Shown here: one piece after another, positions 35,690 through 46,560 of the stretch
Numbering within the stretch: position 1 is the stretch's first letter
Layout: each line of letters starts with the position of its first letter
DNA from: Vicugna vicugna
Lineage: Eukaryota
Length of the DNA stretch: 64,000 bases
Direction: 5' to 3'
Assembly (NCBI GenBank): GCA_013265495.1
Contig: MU058781.1
Location: 1,778,963-1,842,962, forward strand
The notes under the pieces: model-generated
Databases searched by the model: none
What the model saw: only the letters and a program-made list of their open reading frames with translations
Told to the model about the DNA's origin: nothing
Program-made: the position numbers and the translations under genes

Positions 35690-35980
35690 TATCCATGGGA
35701 TAATAAAAATATATTTTTTATTTGGTCTTTGGGCCTCTGGTGCACAGCTCCCCAAACCCTTGGCATTTCCTGATCTTTTGTTGTTGTAGCAAGCCCCTTG
35801 GGACCAAGCCCGAGTCTGTGCCAATGAAGCGCTCAGGGTGGGGCCCCTAAATAGTTTCGGGATAGGGGATGGTCATCAAAAGGACCAAACATATGATTAA
35901 AGGGTGGGAAGTTTCAGCTCCACCCCTTGACCTTCTGGGAGGGGAGGGGGCCTGGAGACTGGGTTATAAAAACTCTTCTA
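35690..35980 (+). mobile_element. ERVL LTR fragment (MER21-like)
   Basis: gcacagctccccaaacccttgg..catatgattaaagggtgggaagtttcagctccacccc..gggaggggagggggcctggagactgggtt. Confidence 0.65.
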
Positions 35981-37289
35981 GGTGAGTATCCTGGCATCTC
36001 AAACTGAGCATATCTAAAACCACATTCTTGAGCGTACTTTTCCTGCAGCCTTCTCCATCTCAGTAAATGGCAGCTCTGTCGTTCCAGTTGCTGGGAGGCC
36101 CCGCTGACCTCTCTGCCGGCCTCCCACACAGATGCCCCTTTTTCCTTACTCTAGTATTTTTTTCCTGTAGTTCACTATCATTGGACAAATATGTCCCAGT
36201 AAGGGTGGTATTTGGAACATAGTAGGGGCTCGACGACTATTTGAATGAGGAGATAGATGATGACTTTTCAGCCCTTGAGGAGCTGGTTAGGATGAGGTTA
36301 TAGATGGGGCAGAAGGCAACAGATTGAGGCACTTCATATGCATCCTTTGCAGAGTTTATGCTTTCTTCTGGGCAATGGGGAGCTGTCTAAGAGTTTTTGG
36401 CAGTAACTTAGAATCTCATAGACCTCTCTAGCTGCAGTGTATGGAGACTGGGAGGCTAGAAGCAAGGAAACCAGTTAGGAGGTTAACGTTAAGGGGTGAT
36501 GAAAGTCTAAACTGAGGCAGCAATTAGGGGCTGGGAGTGGTGGCAGCCTTCTGTTTGGAGGGTGACCCGGCAACAGGGACACCACTGTTGTCTGCTCCAC
36601 CTGCCTCTGTGTCTAAGGGGCATTTGAGATCTGAAGCCTTTGGGTGCTAGGAGGTGATCGGTGTGGGCCCACATGAGGCAAGGGCAGTAGTTATTTGTCT
36701 GGTGTGCAGGCCCTCCCTTCTCCAGAGGTTGGCTTGGTTGTGCCCCTAGTTCCACCTGATTCAGCAGGCTGTGGGCCGACTGAAGTGTGCCAGGACCCAG
36801 TCCCAGGTTCCCGCTGGCCTAACAAGGTCTGGGTGCAAGTGAAAGTGAACTTGGACCCCGGCTGATCCAGCTTTAAAGATACCAGCACGGCCACTTAGCT
36901 GAGCGACTTGAGCGGGGTGCTCAGCCTCTCTCATTTTAGCCAGTACGTGACTTTGTAAGTCTTAGAATCTAGGGATACTGAGGAGCGACTGTGTTTCTGC
37001 TTATCTGTCCCACACTGATGCACAGGTGACTAAATATGAATTAACTGGTGTTTGAAAGATAGAATTTCAAAGATTAAATCTGGTTTTAGACATTTAAACT
37101 ATCCATGGTTTAATATGGTTTTACTTAGGATAATGATAAAATAAGATAAAACGTACAGGTCACAGAAAGTGCATGGTTTTCCCGCCGTGTGTCTTAGTTT
37201 TTGCGTGGTGTGAGCCTCCGGTATGGTGTTGCAGGGAAGGGGCTAGAGCAGACCTTCCCGATCTTCTGGATCATTTAGTCGTTAACCAT

Positions 37290-39400
37290 TGAATATAATG
37301 GTAGCTGAAGGCTTTTTGTGGACATGCTTTATCAGGTTGAAGAAAAGTTCCCTTCTATGCCTACTTTGCTGAGTTTTTTTTTTAAATCAGAAATGGATGT
37401 TGGACTTTTTTTTTTTTCCTGTAATGCCTTTTCTGTATCTGTTGAGATGATCAGGTGGTTTTTAAGTCTTACTGTGATGAGTTACATTGAGTTCTGAGGG
37501 TTAGGGCAGCGCTACAATTCCTCATAGATTCCTCCCTTGTTTGTGATGCGCTATCCTTTTATAGGTCGCAGGGTTTGACTTGCTAAATACTTAAGGTCTT
37601 GTATTTACATTCATGAGGAATATTTATAGTTTTGTTAAATGCCTTTGTCTAGTTCTGTCGTGTAGACCTCATCAGATGATTTGGAGAAAGTTACTTTCTT
37701 TTATTTTTTGGAAGAGTTTGCATGAACTAGTATATTAGTTTTCTATCGCTGCTTTAACAAATTACCACGCACTTAGCAACTTAAAACAACGTGCAGTTAT
37801 CAGCTCACAGTTTCTGTGGGCCAGGGTCTGGGTACTGCTTAGCTGGGGTCCTCTGCTCGGCATCTCACAAGGCTGCAGGTGGGGTGTTGGCCTGGCTCAT
37901 GTGTTGGCAGAATTCAGTTCCTTATGACTGTAGAGTCATGACAGCTTGCTTCTTCAAGCCAGCAGGAGAATCTCTCTGACACCAGGGAAGGTTCCGGTCT
38001 GTTTAAAAACCTTTCCCTTAATTGCTTTAGGCCTGACTAGGATAATTTCTCTTTTGAGTAACTAAAAGTCAACCAGTTGAGACTTTAATTACATCTGCAG
38101 AATCCCTTTACCCTTATCATGTAACATAACCAAGTAAGGGGAGTAACTATCCTATCACCTTTGCTGTGTGGTCTGTTGGTTGGAGTCAAGGTCACAGTTC
38201 CGCCCCCACTCAAGGGGAGAGGTCACACAAGGGTGGCTTGACTGACTCATTGAGGTTACTTACTAGGGTGTGCCTGCCACAGTTGGTATGCTTTCTTAAA
38301 TGTTTGGTGGAATTAATTTGGGCCGGGACTGTTCTTTCGGGGAAAGTTTTAACCGCAAATTTAGTATCTTTCATTTGGGCTAGTATTGGGCTACTCCGGT
38401 TATTTCTTCTTGAGTGAGCTTTTGTAGTAGTTTTGTGTCTTTCAAGCACTGTGTTTATTTAATCTGAATTGTATAATTCACAAGAATAAAGTTAAAAATA
38501 TTCTCTCACCATTTACTATCTGTAGAATCTGTGGCGATGTCTTTTTTTTTGGTATATATATTTTTATTGAAGTATAGTCAGTTTACAATGTTGTGTCAAT
38601 TTCTGGTGTACAGCACAATGCTTCCGTCATACATGAACATACATACATTCGTTTTCATATTCTTTTTCACCATAAGTTACAGAATATTGAATATAGCTGC
38701 CTGTGCTATACAGTATGAACTTGTTTATTTTATGTATATATTAGTATCTGCAAATCTCAAACTCCCAGGTTTCTCTTTCATTCTTGATACTGTTTGTGTC
38801 CTTTCTCTTGTTTATGATCAGTCTGGCTAGAGGTTTATAAATTTTATTGATCTTTTCAAAGAATCTAGTTTTGGGTTTTATTGATATTTTTCTCTATTTG
38901 TCTTTATTTTATTTCACTGATTTATGCTTATATCTTTATTTTCTACTTATTTTGATTTTTATTTGCACTTCTAGTTTATGAAGAAAGCTTAGATTATTGA
39001 TTTTAGACCTTTCTTATTTTTAAAAAAATAGGTATTTAATGATACAAATTTCTTTCCAGGTATTGCTTTTGAATTTTTTTTAAACTTTATTTGGTTCAAA
39101 AGTTTTTCAGTTCAAAATATTTTTTAGTCTCACTTGTGATTTCTCCTTTGAACCATGAATTATTTAGAACATTATTATTGCCTCAAGTTATTTTATCAAT
39201 TTGTAGTTTGATTTTCTTATGTTAAGGAAATGTATTTTGTATAATAAAATTTAAGAAGGTTTACACTTAATGAGACTAATTAATGGTCTGTTTTGGTGAA
39301 TGTTCCACATATACTTGAAAAGAATGTTTATTCTACTGTTACTGAGTGGAATGTTCTGGATGTGTCAGGTCAGCTTGGTTGATAACATTGTTCAGTGTCT
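37290..39400 (-). mobile_element. Old L1M remnant with a nested MLT1 (~37730-38280) and a younger L1 3' fragment (~38545-38770)
   Basis: ctttatcaggttgaagaaaagttcccttctatgcctactttgctgag (L1); attagttttctatcgctgctttaacaaattaccac (MLT1); ttgaagtatagtcagtttacaatgttgtg (L1 3'). Confidence 0.7.
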
Positions 39401-42400
39401 TTGTGAAAGGGTACCCAGCAGTTCTGTTTATCAGCTACTCTGTTACCTAGTAGGAATCTTAAGAGCCCTGAAATGGATCAATTGGTGAAATTTATTAAAC
39501 CTTTAAATTTATGGTACTTTTTTGGTGTGTGTTGGAGGTGAGGGTTGGAGGATGGAGGCTGAATGGTTTCCTTGGAGTGTCTACTCTCGCCAGGTACTGT
39601 TCTAAGACATAGAGGACATAGTAGAAAACATAGATAAACCATACATTTTACTTCCTTAAAAACTTGTGTCTTAGGGGACAGTTTTATACAGTGAAGGATG
39701 GACGTGAGCATGAAGTGCTGAAGCAGTCATCCAAGAGAGTGCTGCACTGAAGAGATGCTGTAGTAGAAAGAAGTAAAAATTGCATGTTCATGATGCTTAA
39801 AAATCTCAGTGACAGTGGTGGCAACCTCTTGTCTGTGGAGTTTGCCCTGGAGAGGAAGAGACTGGAGTCTAAGAGATAGTTAACAGTGGCTAACATTTGA
39901 TGAGTGTTTATGTGCCAGGCATTTTTTTTTTAGCAATGTACACATATTTTTATTACCATGTTGACTCTTGGAGGGTGGGGACTGTTATCTCCATTTATGG
40001 AAGTGGAAACTGAGGCAGATAAAAGTTAAACGTGTCCAAGTTTCAAGTAAGTTGCTGCGTTAGAATTTATGGCTGAGCAATGTGGCTCGGGCATGTCTCT
40101 GAGATATAAGAACTTGTTGTGGTCCAGTTGACAGATCGGAAAGGTTTGTCGTAGGATGGAGAATGGCACTGGGAATGTGAGGAAGGGAACAGATGGGAGC
40201 GGGCTTGTTGAGGTCGAGTCTGTAGCACTGGAGTAAAGTAGGGGAGGGCCAGCGTGCTGAAACACACTCCTTCCCACCTGGGGGACGGGAGCGGATACAG
40301 TACTCATTGCAGAAATATGGAAGTCATAAGAGGGAGCTGTTGGGCATATATACTTTTTAAAGGTGTTTTCAAGTCAACGAGGTAGAGATTCCTTCCTGGG
40401 GATTAAGAAAGGTAGAAAGCATAGATGAAGAATGTGGCCATCATCTGTAATAGATGGATCTGTTGGAATATTGTGATCACCAAAAGGAAAAGAAAATGGA
40501 GAAGAGGAGAGGTTTTGAAAAAGGAACTTTAAAAATGTCAGTGTTTATTGGAGGCAGAGTTTTGGATGTGGAGGTATTACAGTTCAACACTGGGTTAATT
40601 CAGCGATGGCTTCTCCCGGGGTCTGTCTGCTGGCGTTGCCCTGCGTGTCTTTACAAAAGGGATGTGCGGTAGAAGGCGCTTTGAGGTTCTGTTTCACTTT
40701 GCCTACATCTTGGCCGTGGACATATAATCTTAGAAGTCGGCCTTAGCTGTCTTCAGTATAAAAGGAAAATAAGGTTATAAGATTGAAAATGGAAAAGAGC
40801 TTCATACATATTGAGGCTGGTTTTGAGCCAGTCTGTTAACCACAGCTTAGATGGCACTGTGAAGGTAGGATTATGTTAGCATATTGGAGTGACTGCACAA
40901 AGGAGAAGTTTTGGTTATACTGCACCTGGCTTTTGAACTAAAAGGATCTTAGATAGTGAAATGAAGTTCTCATTCCCTAGATAGTGTTTTGTGTTTTAGC
41001 CATACTTTCACTGTGAAAATATGGGAAATTTGATAACATTTTAAAATTCATTGCTGTTTTGCCGAGCTAGCCGTCTTCAATGGTTATGAGTCACTTGGAG
41101 CCTTTGTTTTCTTATCTAGAAAATGAGATAATGACTCCTAGTCCCTGATTCAGAGGGCTAATGGGAGGGTTAAACGAGATATTGAATGTAAAAGCACTTT
41201 GTGAACTGAGGACTCTAGGATTACAGCTGGCCCCCGGGTGTGTGGCGTGTTGATGGTGACTGGTCGTCATTCAGGTTCACCTGCCTCAGCTGCCCTTCTG
41301 CCAGCACCTTTATCTTGCGTAGACAAACAATATACAGTGTGTTTCATGAAATCCATCCTTTGAACTAAGGCTTAGTTACCGGCATACACAAGTTGAATGT
41401 CCTTTGCTTATCCCAGGATACACAGGGCAGCCAGATTTTCCGACACGCAGTGCTTACTTGTGTGAAGCCGGAGCAAGGCACAGACTTGCCTTTTAAACTA
41501 TAAAAAACCGCAGCACTTGTCTTAACAATCAGTGTAAATTTCTGACTCTAAGTACATACAATTGTGGACAGTCCTTCTCCCCACTTCCAGCCTCCTGTCT
41601 GCTCTCCCTCCTTCCCATTTTTCTCTTTCAAGCCCAGGACAAGGCACAAGACACACACTCCCTAGAGTAGGAGTAGGTAAGGCGTTTCTGGTGTCTGTGT
41701 ATTGGGTTTGGGGCGAGGACGTGTGTGAGCCGTACACGATACTTCCCGAAGAGGTCCTGTGGGCATGCAGGGAGGGGGTAAGTCCCTTTCAGTCAGAGAT
41801 AGCCCAAGTTTTAGTGGTTATTCTTGCTCCTCTCCTGCTCTCCCCCAAAGATACAAACCAATCAAAGGTTTTGGTTAGACTTTATCTAATAAAAGAATTG
41901 CCTGCCCAGCTCATGGGCGGTTTTTGTGGGAGTGACTCCTGTAGTGAAGACCTTCCTCCAGGAGCCTACTGCCTAATAAATGTAGAGGCGACATCTTTAT
42001 AGGAGCTCTTTCTCCTCTCCTGCCCTGTGCACAACCTTCCACCTCAAAAATCAGCCCTGAACTCTCACGGGTAGCCCCACAGCCACTTTCACTGAACCTG
42101 CTGCCCCAGGTGATGCACACTGGCCTCGGGCTGACGCTTGGCCCAGGTTGGGACAGAGATTCTAAGCTGTTTTTTGAAGATAACCATGAAATCATAGAAA
42201 GCTGGGAAGAAGCAACTATGTGCAAGACAAACCTAGGAGGCCATGAGACAAGGGTGCAGAGAGAAGCAGGTAGTGCCGAGAGAGTGACCTCAGGTCACCA
42301 AGGCTGCCTCCTAGTCCTCGCCCCTCGTGTCATGTGCTCTGTGAGCCTCTCCTGTAAGTGAGTAACAAACTCCCCCTTTCTGCTTAAGCTTAGTCTTAGG

Positions 42401-44214
42401 GTTTCAGTTACTCAAATTAAAAGTTGCTTTGTTAAAATAGCAGGGGATGAACTATGTATGTGACTTTCGACTTTGTACCGTATTTATCATAAGATCAGTA
42501 GAAGTAAAACTATAGATGAATAGGTGGGGCCCTGTGAGTCACCTGCAGGAATGTGACATATACAGGAAGTACATGACAAGACAGTTTATATTGAATAACA
42601 GTTTGGCCATTAAACATGTGCAAAACACGTCCTCATGTTACCTGTCCCAAAATTAGAAAAAAAAAGTTAGCTAACTTTGTTTCCACGTCTGTGAACGCAG
42701 CCGGTGAGTGTTAGCAGCTGTATCTGGCATTGTCGTCTCTCTCTTCGTTTCTTCTTTGCTAAGTCATGCTTTCCCTGGTTTGTACCCACTGGGGTTTTAA
42801 TAATGGCTCTTTTCCCAAAATGTCCTGTGTAGTTGTTTTTCCCTTCAGACTGCCTGGTGTTTTTAGTGTCGTCCCATATTCAGACTGTTAACGCTCGTTG
42901 ATAAACCTCAGCTGTAGGAGGAGCAGGAGATCTCACCAGTTCCAAGTACCAGTGATGCGGAGACGCCTCTGCCCCGCACCCTCCTCCCGTCTCCCCGGAA
43001 TTACAGCTGCGTAAGAACTGGGTCATCTGACTGCGGGGATAACGTGTCGAACCTCCCTGAATTTGGCGACTGCCACTGCGGTTCTTGTCACCACTACAGT
43101 TTCCCTCTTCGTTTTGCATTCCCACCCTCTCATGACAGTAGCTGTTGTGAAAAACCAAGCACGGGGGATATTTGTCCTCTGGGCTGTGCGGCATGTGAGC
43201 TCCGTATCTATATTAGGGGGATTCTCTGCCTGACGGTTTTTGGGGAGAAGCAGTGTCACCTACCACACACGCCTCCGCCTCCAGCCCTCACACATCTTAC
43301 ACCCGGGCAGAGTCGGGAAGAGTAAGCAGACTTTTCTAGTTTGCTTATCTGCAGATTTGGGGCGTAAAAATGGAAGAGGTGTGAAGTCGAGTGGTTTAGC
43401 TGTGGGAGGGGAGTGGACGGGAGGTGGTGGCTGTAACTTGCTACTCCAGACTCTGGAGTTTTCCATTTGGCCACCATGTTCGGAATTTTGACTTCAGATT
43501 GAATTCCTTACACTGTTTGGTTGCTGGCAACTTTTTTTTTTTAATCTTTTTTTGGATCTGTTTTATTAAAATTGGAGAAGACAGAGTTTGCAACCTAACT
43601 GAATGCCCTTATTAAATCTCCCCAAACTGACTGCTGAAGCAGTCTCGAGTCCCTTATTTTGTAGATTCTGTGCTGGGAGACTTTGCTTTCTCTTAAGCAT
43701 CCCAAGGACACTAGTGTTTTTTGGTGGGAACCGCACTGGTGACAGCCCTTCACAATAGTCTCTTTTCAGTCAAAGGACTTCAGTAGCCTCCCTTGAGTTT
43801 TCTAAATTTACGGTCATTTTATACCAAGTAGCCATCGTTGGAACCTTTGACCTTTATGAGGTCAAGACTACCATCATCTCATTTATGATTCCCTGATGGT
43901 AAGTTCACCTCCATAATCTCTTCAGCACAGTACCTTGGGAAAATGAGTTCTTTTAACTTTTAGGCTGAATTCTCAAAAGTAACCTAAGAGTTAGGAGTTT
44001 TCCTTAGTATCTGTTTAAAATCAACTGGGCTTATTAACTTAGGCCAATTCATGGCATTGTGGTATTTGAAATATCTACATCTACAGAATACTCATAGTTT
44101 ACTCACCAGTTTCTGACTTGTTTTTCTCCTGATTTTTCTGATCATTAAAACCATGTATGTCCATTGTGGAAAAATTGATATGTACAGAGAAGTATCCAAA
44201 AAAAGTGTAGGTCC

Positions 44215-44970
44215 CCACGTTGATCTGCAGATTCAGTACATTCCCTATCAAAATGATAGCTGCGATTTTTTTTTTTGCCAAAATTGACAAGATAATTATA
44301 AAATGCACATAGGACTGTAAGGAACTCAAAATAGCCAGAACAGTCTTGAAGAGAACAAAGTTGGTGAACTTACACTCTTGATTTAAAACTTAATACAAAG
44401 CTGCTGTAATCAAGATGTGTGGGATGAGGACAGACAGACCAGGGAATAGAATTGAGGGTCCAGAAATAAAAGCATTTATGATCACTTGAGTTTTGACAAA
44501 GATGCCAAGACAATTTAATAGAGGGAAGAGCCATCTTTTCAACAAATAGTTCTGGAACAGCTTGGTATTCAAAAGAAATAATTTGGGTCTCTCTCTCACA
44601 CAGAGTTGACTAAAATGGACCAAAGACCTACATGTAGGAGCTAAAACTGAAACTCTTAGAAGAATGCATAGGCTTAAATCTTCACGGCCTTGTGTTAGTG
44701 TTTCTCTAGATATGACATGATAAAGCACAAGCAACCAAAGAAGAAACAAGATAAATTGGATTTCATAAAAAGAAAAATGACAAATTAGGCTCCATCATAA
44801 TTAGAAACTTTTGTACTTCAAAGAACATTCATAAGACAGTGAAAAGACAGCCCACAGAATGGGAAAAGATGTTTGCAAATCATACATTGATAAGCACCTA
44901 GTATCAAGAGTATATAAAGAAGAAAAAAACAAAACAAACAAACAAAGAATATATAAAGAACTCTTATGTA
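44215..44970 (+). mobile_element. L1 ORF2 3' fragment just upstream of SMIM13 exon 2
   Basis: aatagccagaacagtcttgaagagaacaaagttgg..ttttgacaaagatgccaagaca..aaaagacagcccacagaatgggaaaag. Confidence 0.8.
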
Positions 44971-45095
44971 ATCACATATATATTTAAATTATGCTACTGT
45001 TTTGTCATATAACTCCTCCATGCATGATTAACTGAAATGTTCTCAATTGATAATCCTGTGTGTAATTTTTCTTAATATTTGTTGTCTCTTTTTAG

Positions 45096-45283
45096 GTTGG
45101 TATTTTGTTTGGCATCTTTTTTTATCAAAATTCAAGTTTCTTCGGGAACTGGTGGGAGACACAGGATCCCAGGAGGGAGATCATGAACCTTCAGGGTCTG
45201 AAACGGAAGAAGATGCTTTATCGTCTCCACACAGGATCAGATCTGCTCGCCAGAGGAGGGCACCTGCTGACGAGGGCCACTGA
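45096..45283 (+). CDS. SMIM13: SMIM13 coding exon 2 (..GWYFVWHLFLSKFKFLRELVGDTGSQEGDHEPSGSETEEDALSSPHRIRSARQRRAPADEGH*)
   Basis: Polypyrimidine tract + TAG acceptor (45093-45095); phase matches exon 1; 76+188 = 264 nt = 87 aa + stop. Confidence 0.96.
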
Positions 45284-45599
45284 CCCCAGCCGTGGTCCTG
45301 TGTTAGTTCCTGACGAAAGGCACTGGGAGTTTCTCTTTCTAATGACCTGGCTTTGCAATTTGCTGAAAGTTTGAAGGACATTCGTTCTTGGATTTTAAGT
45401 CCAATTCAAAAAAAGATTGGCATGTAAGCCATATGAAAATAAAGGGAATTAAACCAAATTGGACGATTGCCAATTTCATCATAAAGATAATATCCTGATT
45501 GTATACTTCTGCGCCTGCACTTGCTCTGGCGCTTATTTTCTCGCACTGGTGTTAATCTGGTAAACAGAACAGGCTTGAACAACCATATTTTGTTAGTTC

Positions 45600-46560
45600 T
45601 GTGCTGTGCCCCTCACCCCCCTTTTTCCTTTGTCTGAAATCAGGCCGCGCCTCACGACCACCGCCAGCCAGGCAGCAGTCACGACGCGGTTCTCCTCACC
45701 TGCACGTGTGTGAGCTTGCCACGGCGTCATTGCTGTAGCGTTGATGTCGCATGTGTCGGGTTTAATTGACTTTTAAAAATGTCTTCAAAAAGATTACACT
45801 ATGACTCAGCATTGAAACGAAAAGTTACCTTGTATGTAGAAAAGCATGGGAACAGGGCAGCTGGGTATACATGTGACATCAGTGAAGCAAATATCCGTCG
45901 CTGGAGGAGTGACCGAAACTCCCTATTTTCTTGTAAAGAAACGACAGAGTGCTTTACGGGACTGAAGAAAGGAAGATACCCACAGGCAGGCGAAGCGGTA
46001 CTGCATTTTGTCAGGGAGACACGAGCCAAAGGACTGCCAATCACACGCCAAGCAGTGCAGCTGAAGGCGGGAGAAATTGCCAAAACCCTCGGAATAGATG
46101 AAGCAAAATTCAGAGCAATGAGAGGCTGGTATGATCGACTCATGCTTCAAGCAGGACTGTCGTTAAGGCGTCAAACATCGTTTTGGCCAAAGCGTCCTGC
46201 TGACATTCAGCAGAAGACATGGCAGAGCACTGTTGTAAGAGGTGCTGTGTCACCAGTGCTCTTGGTGACACCAAGGGTGCTGTGGTCTGGAGGAGTGCAG
46301 ACATCCGTGGCTGTGGTCTGAGTGATTCAGAAGTTACAGTTATAACTTAACCAACTTCTTTCGTACGCTTTCTTGACGTATGCACAAGACTGACGTGATC
46401 AAACTCTGCTTAACTCTAAAAGCTCTGTTTCAGTAAATATAGAATAAACATTCTACAGGCTACAAAGGCATTGTGTCATAGTTTAATTGCCTGTGTTTTT
46501 TCTTAGACATATGGTGCATCTTACAATTGATGGTATCTTAGGTTAGACCCCCAAAATAGT
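45600..46560 (+). mobile_element. Internally deleted TcMar-Tc2/pogo DNA transposon (Kanga1/MER104-like) in the SMIM13 3'UTR
   Basis: tctgaaatcagg..cagccaggcagcagtcacgacg at the 5' end, a transposase N-terminal ORF, an out-of-frame C-terminal remnant (KRCCVTSALGDT) and the 3' end motif atggtgcatcttacaattgatggtatcttag. Confidence 0.8.
45779..46321 (+). other. Intact 180-aa ORF: pogo-like transposase Brinker-type HTH + CENP-B HTH DNA-binding domains (aa ~1-146) plus a frameshifted tail; expression unproven
   Basis: YDSALKRKV..HGNRAAG..ISEANIRRWR (Brinker-like HTH as in POGK) and GRYPQ.GEAVLHFVRETRAKGLPITRQAVQLKAGEIA..F.AMRGWYDRLM..GLSLRRQT (HTH_CENPB). Confidence 0.7.

Noticed and set aside
42849..43321. 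Cassette exon in the SMIM13 intron (ttcag acceptor, ga|gtaagc donor)
   Set aside because: It introduces a stop after ~17 codons and has no homology support; such motifs are common by chance.
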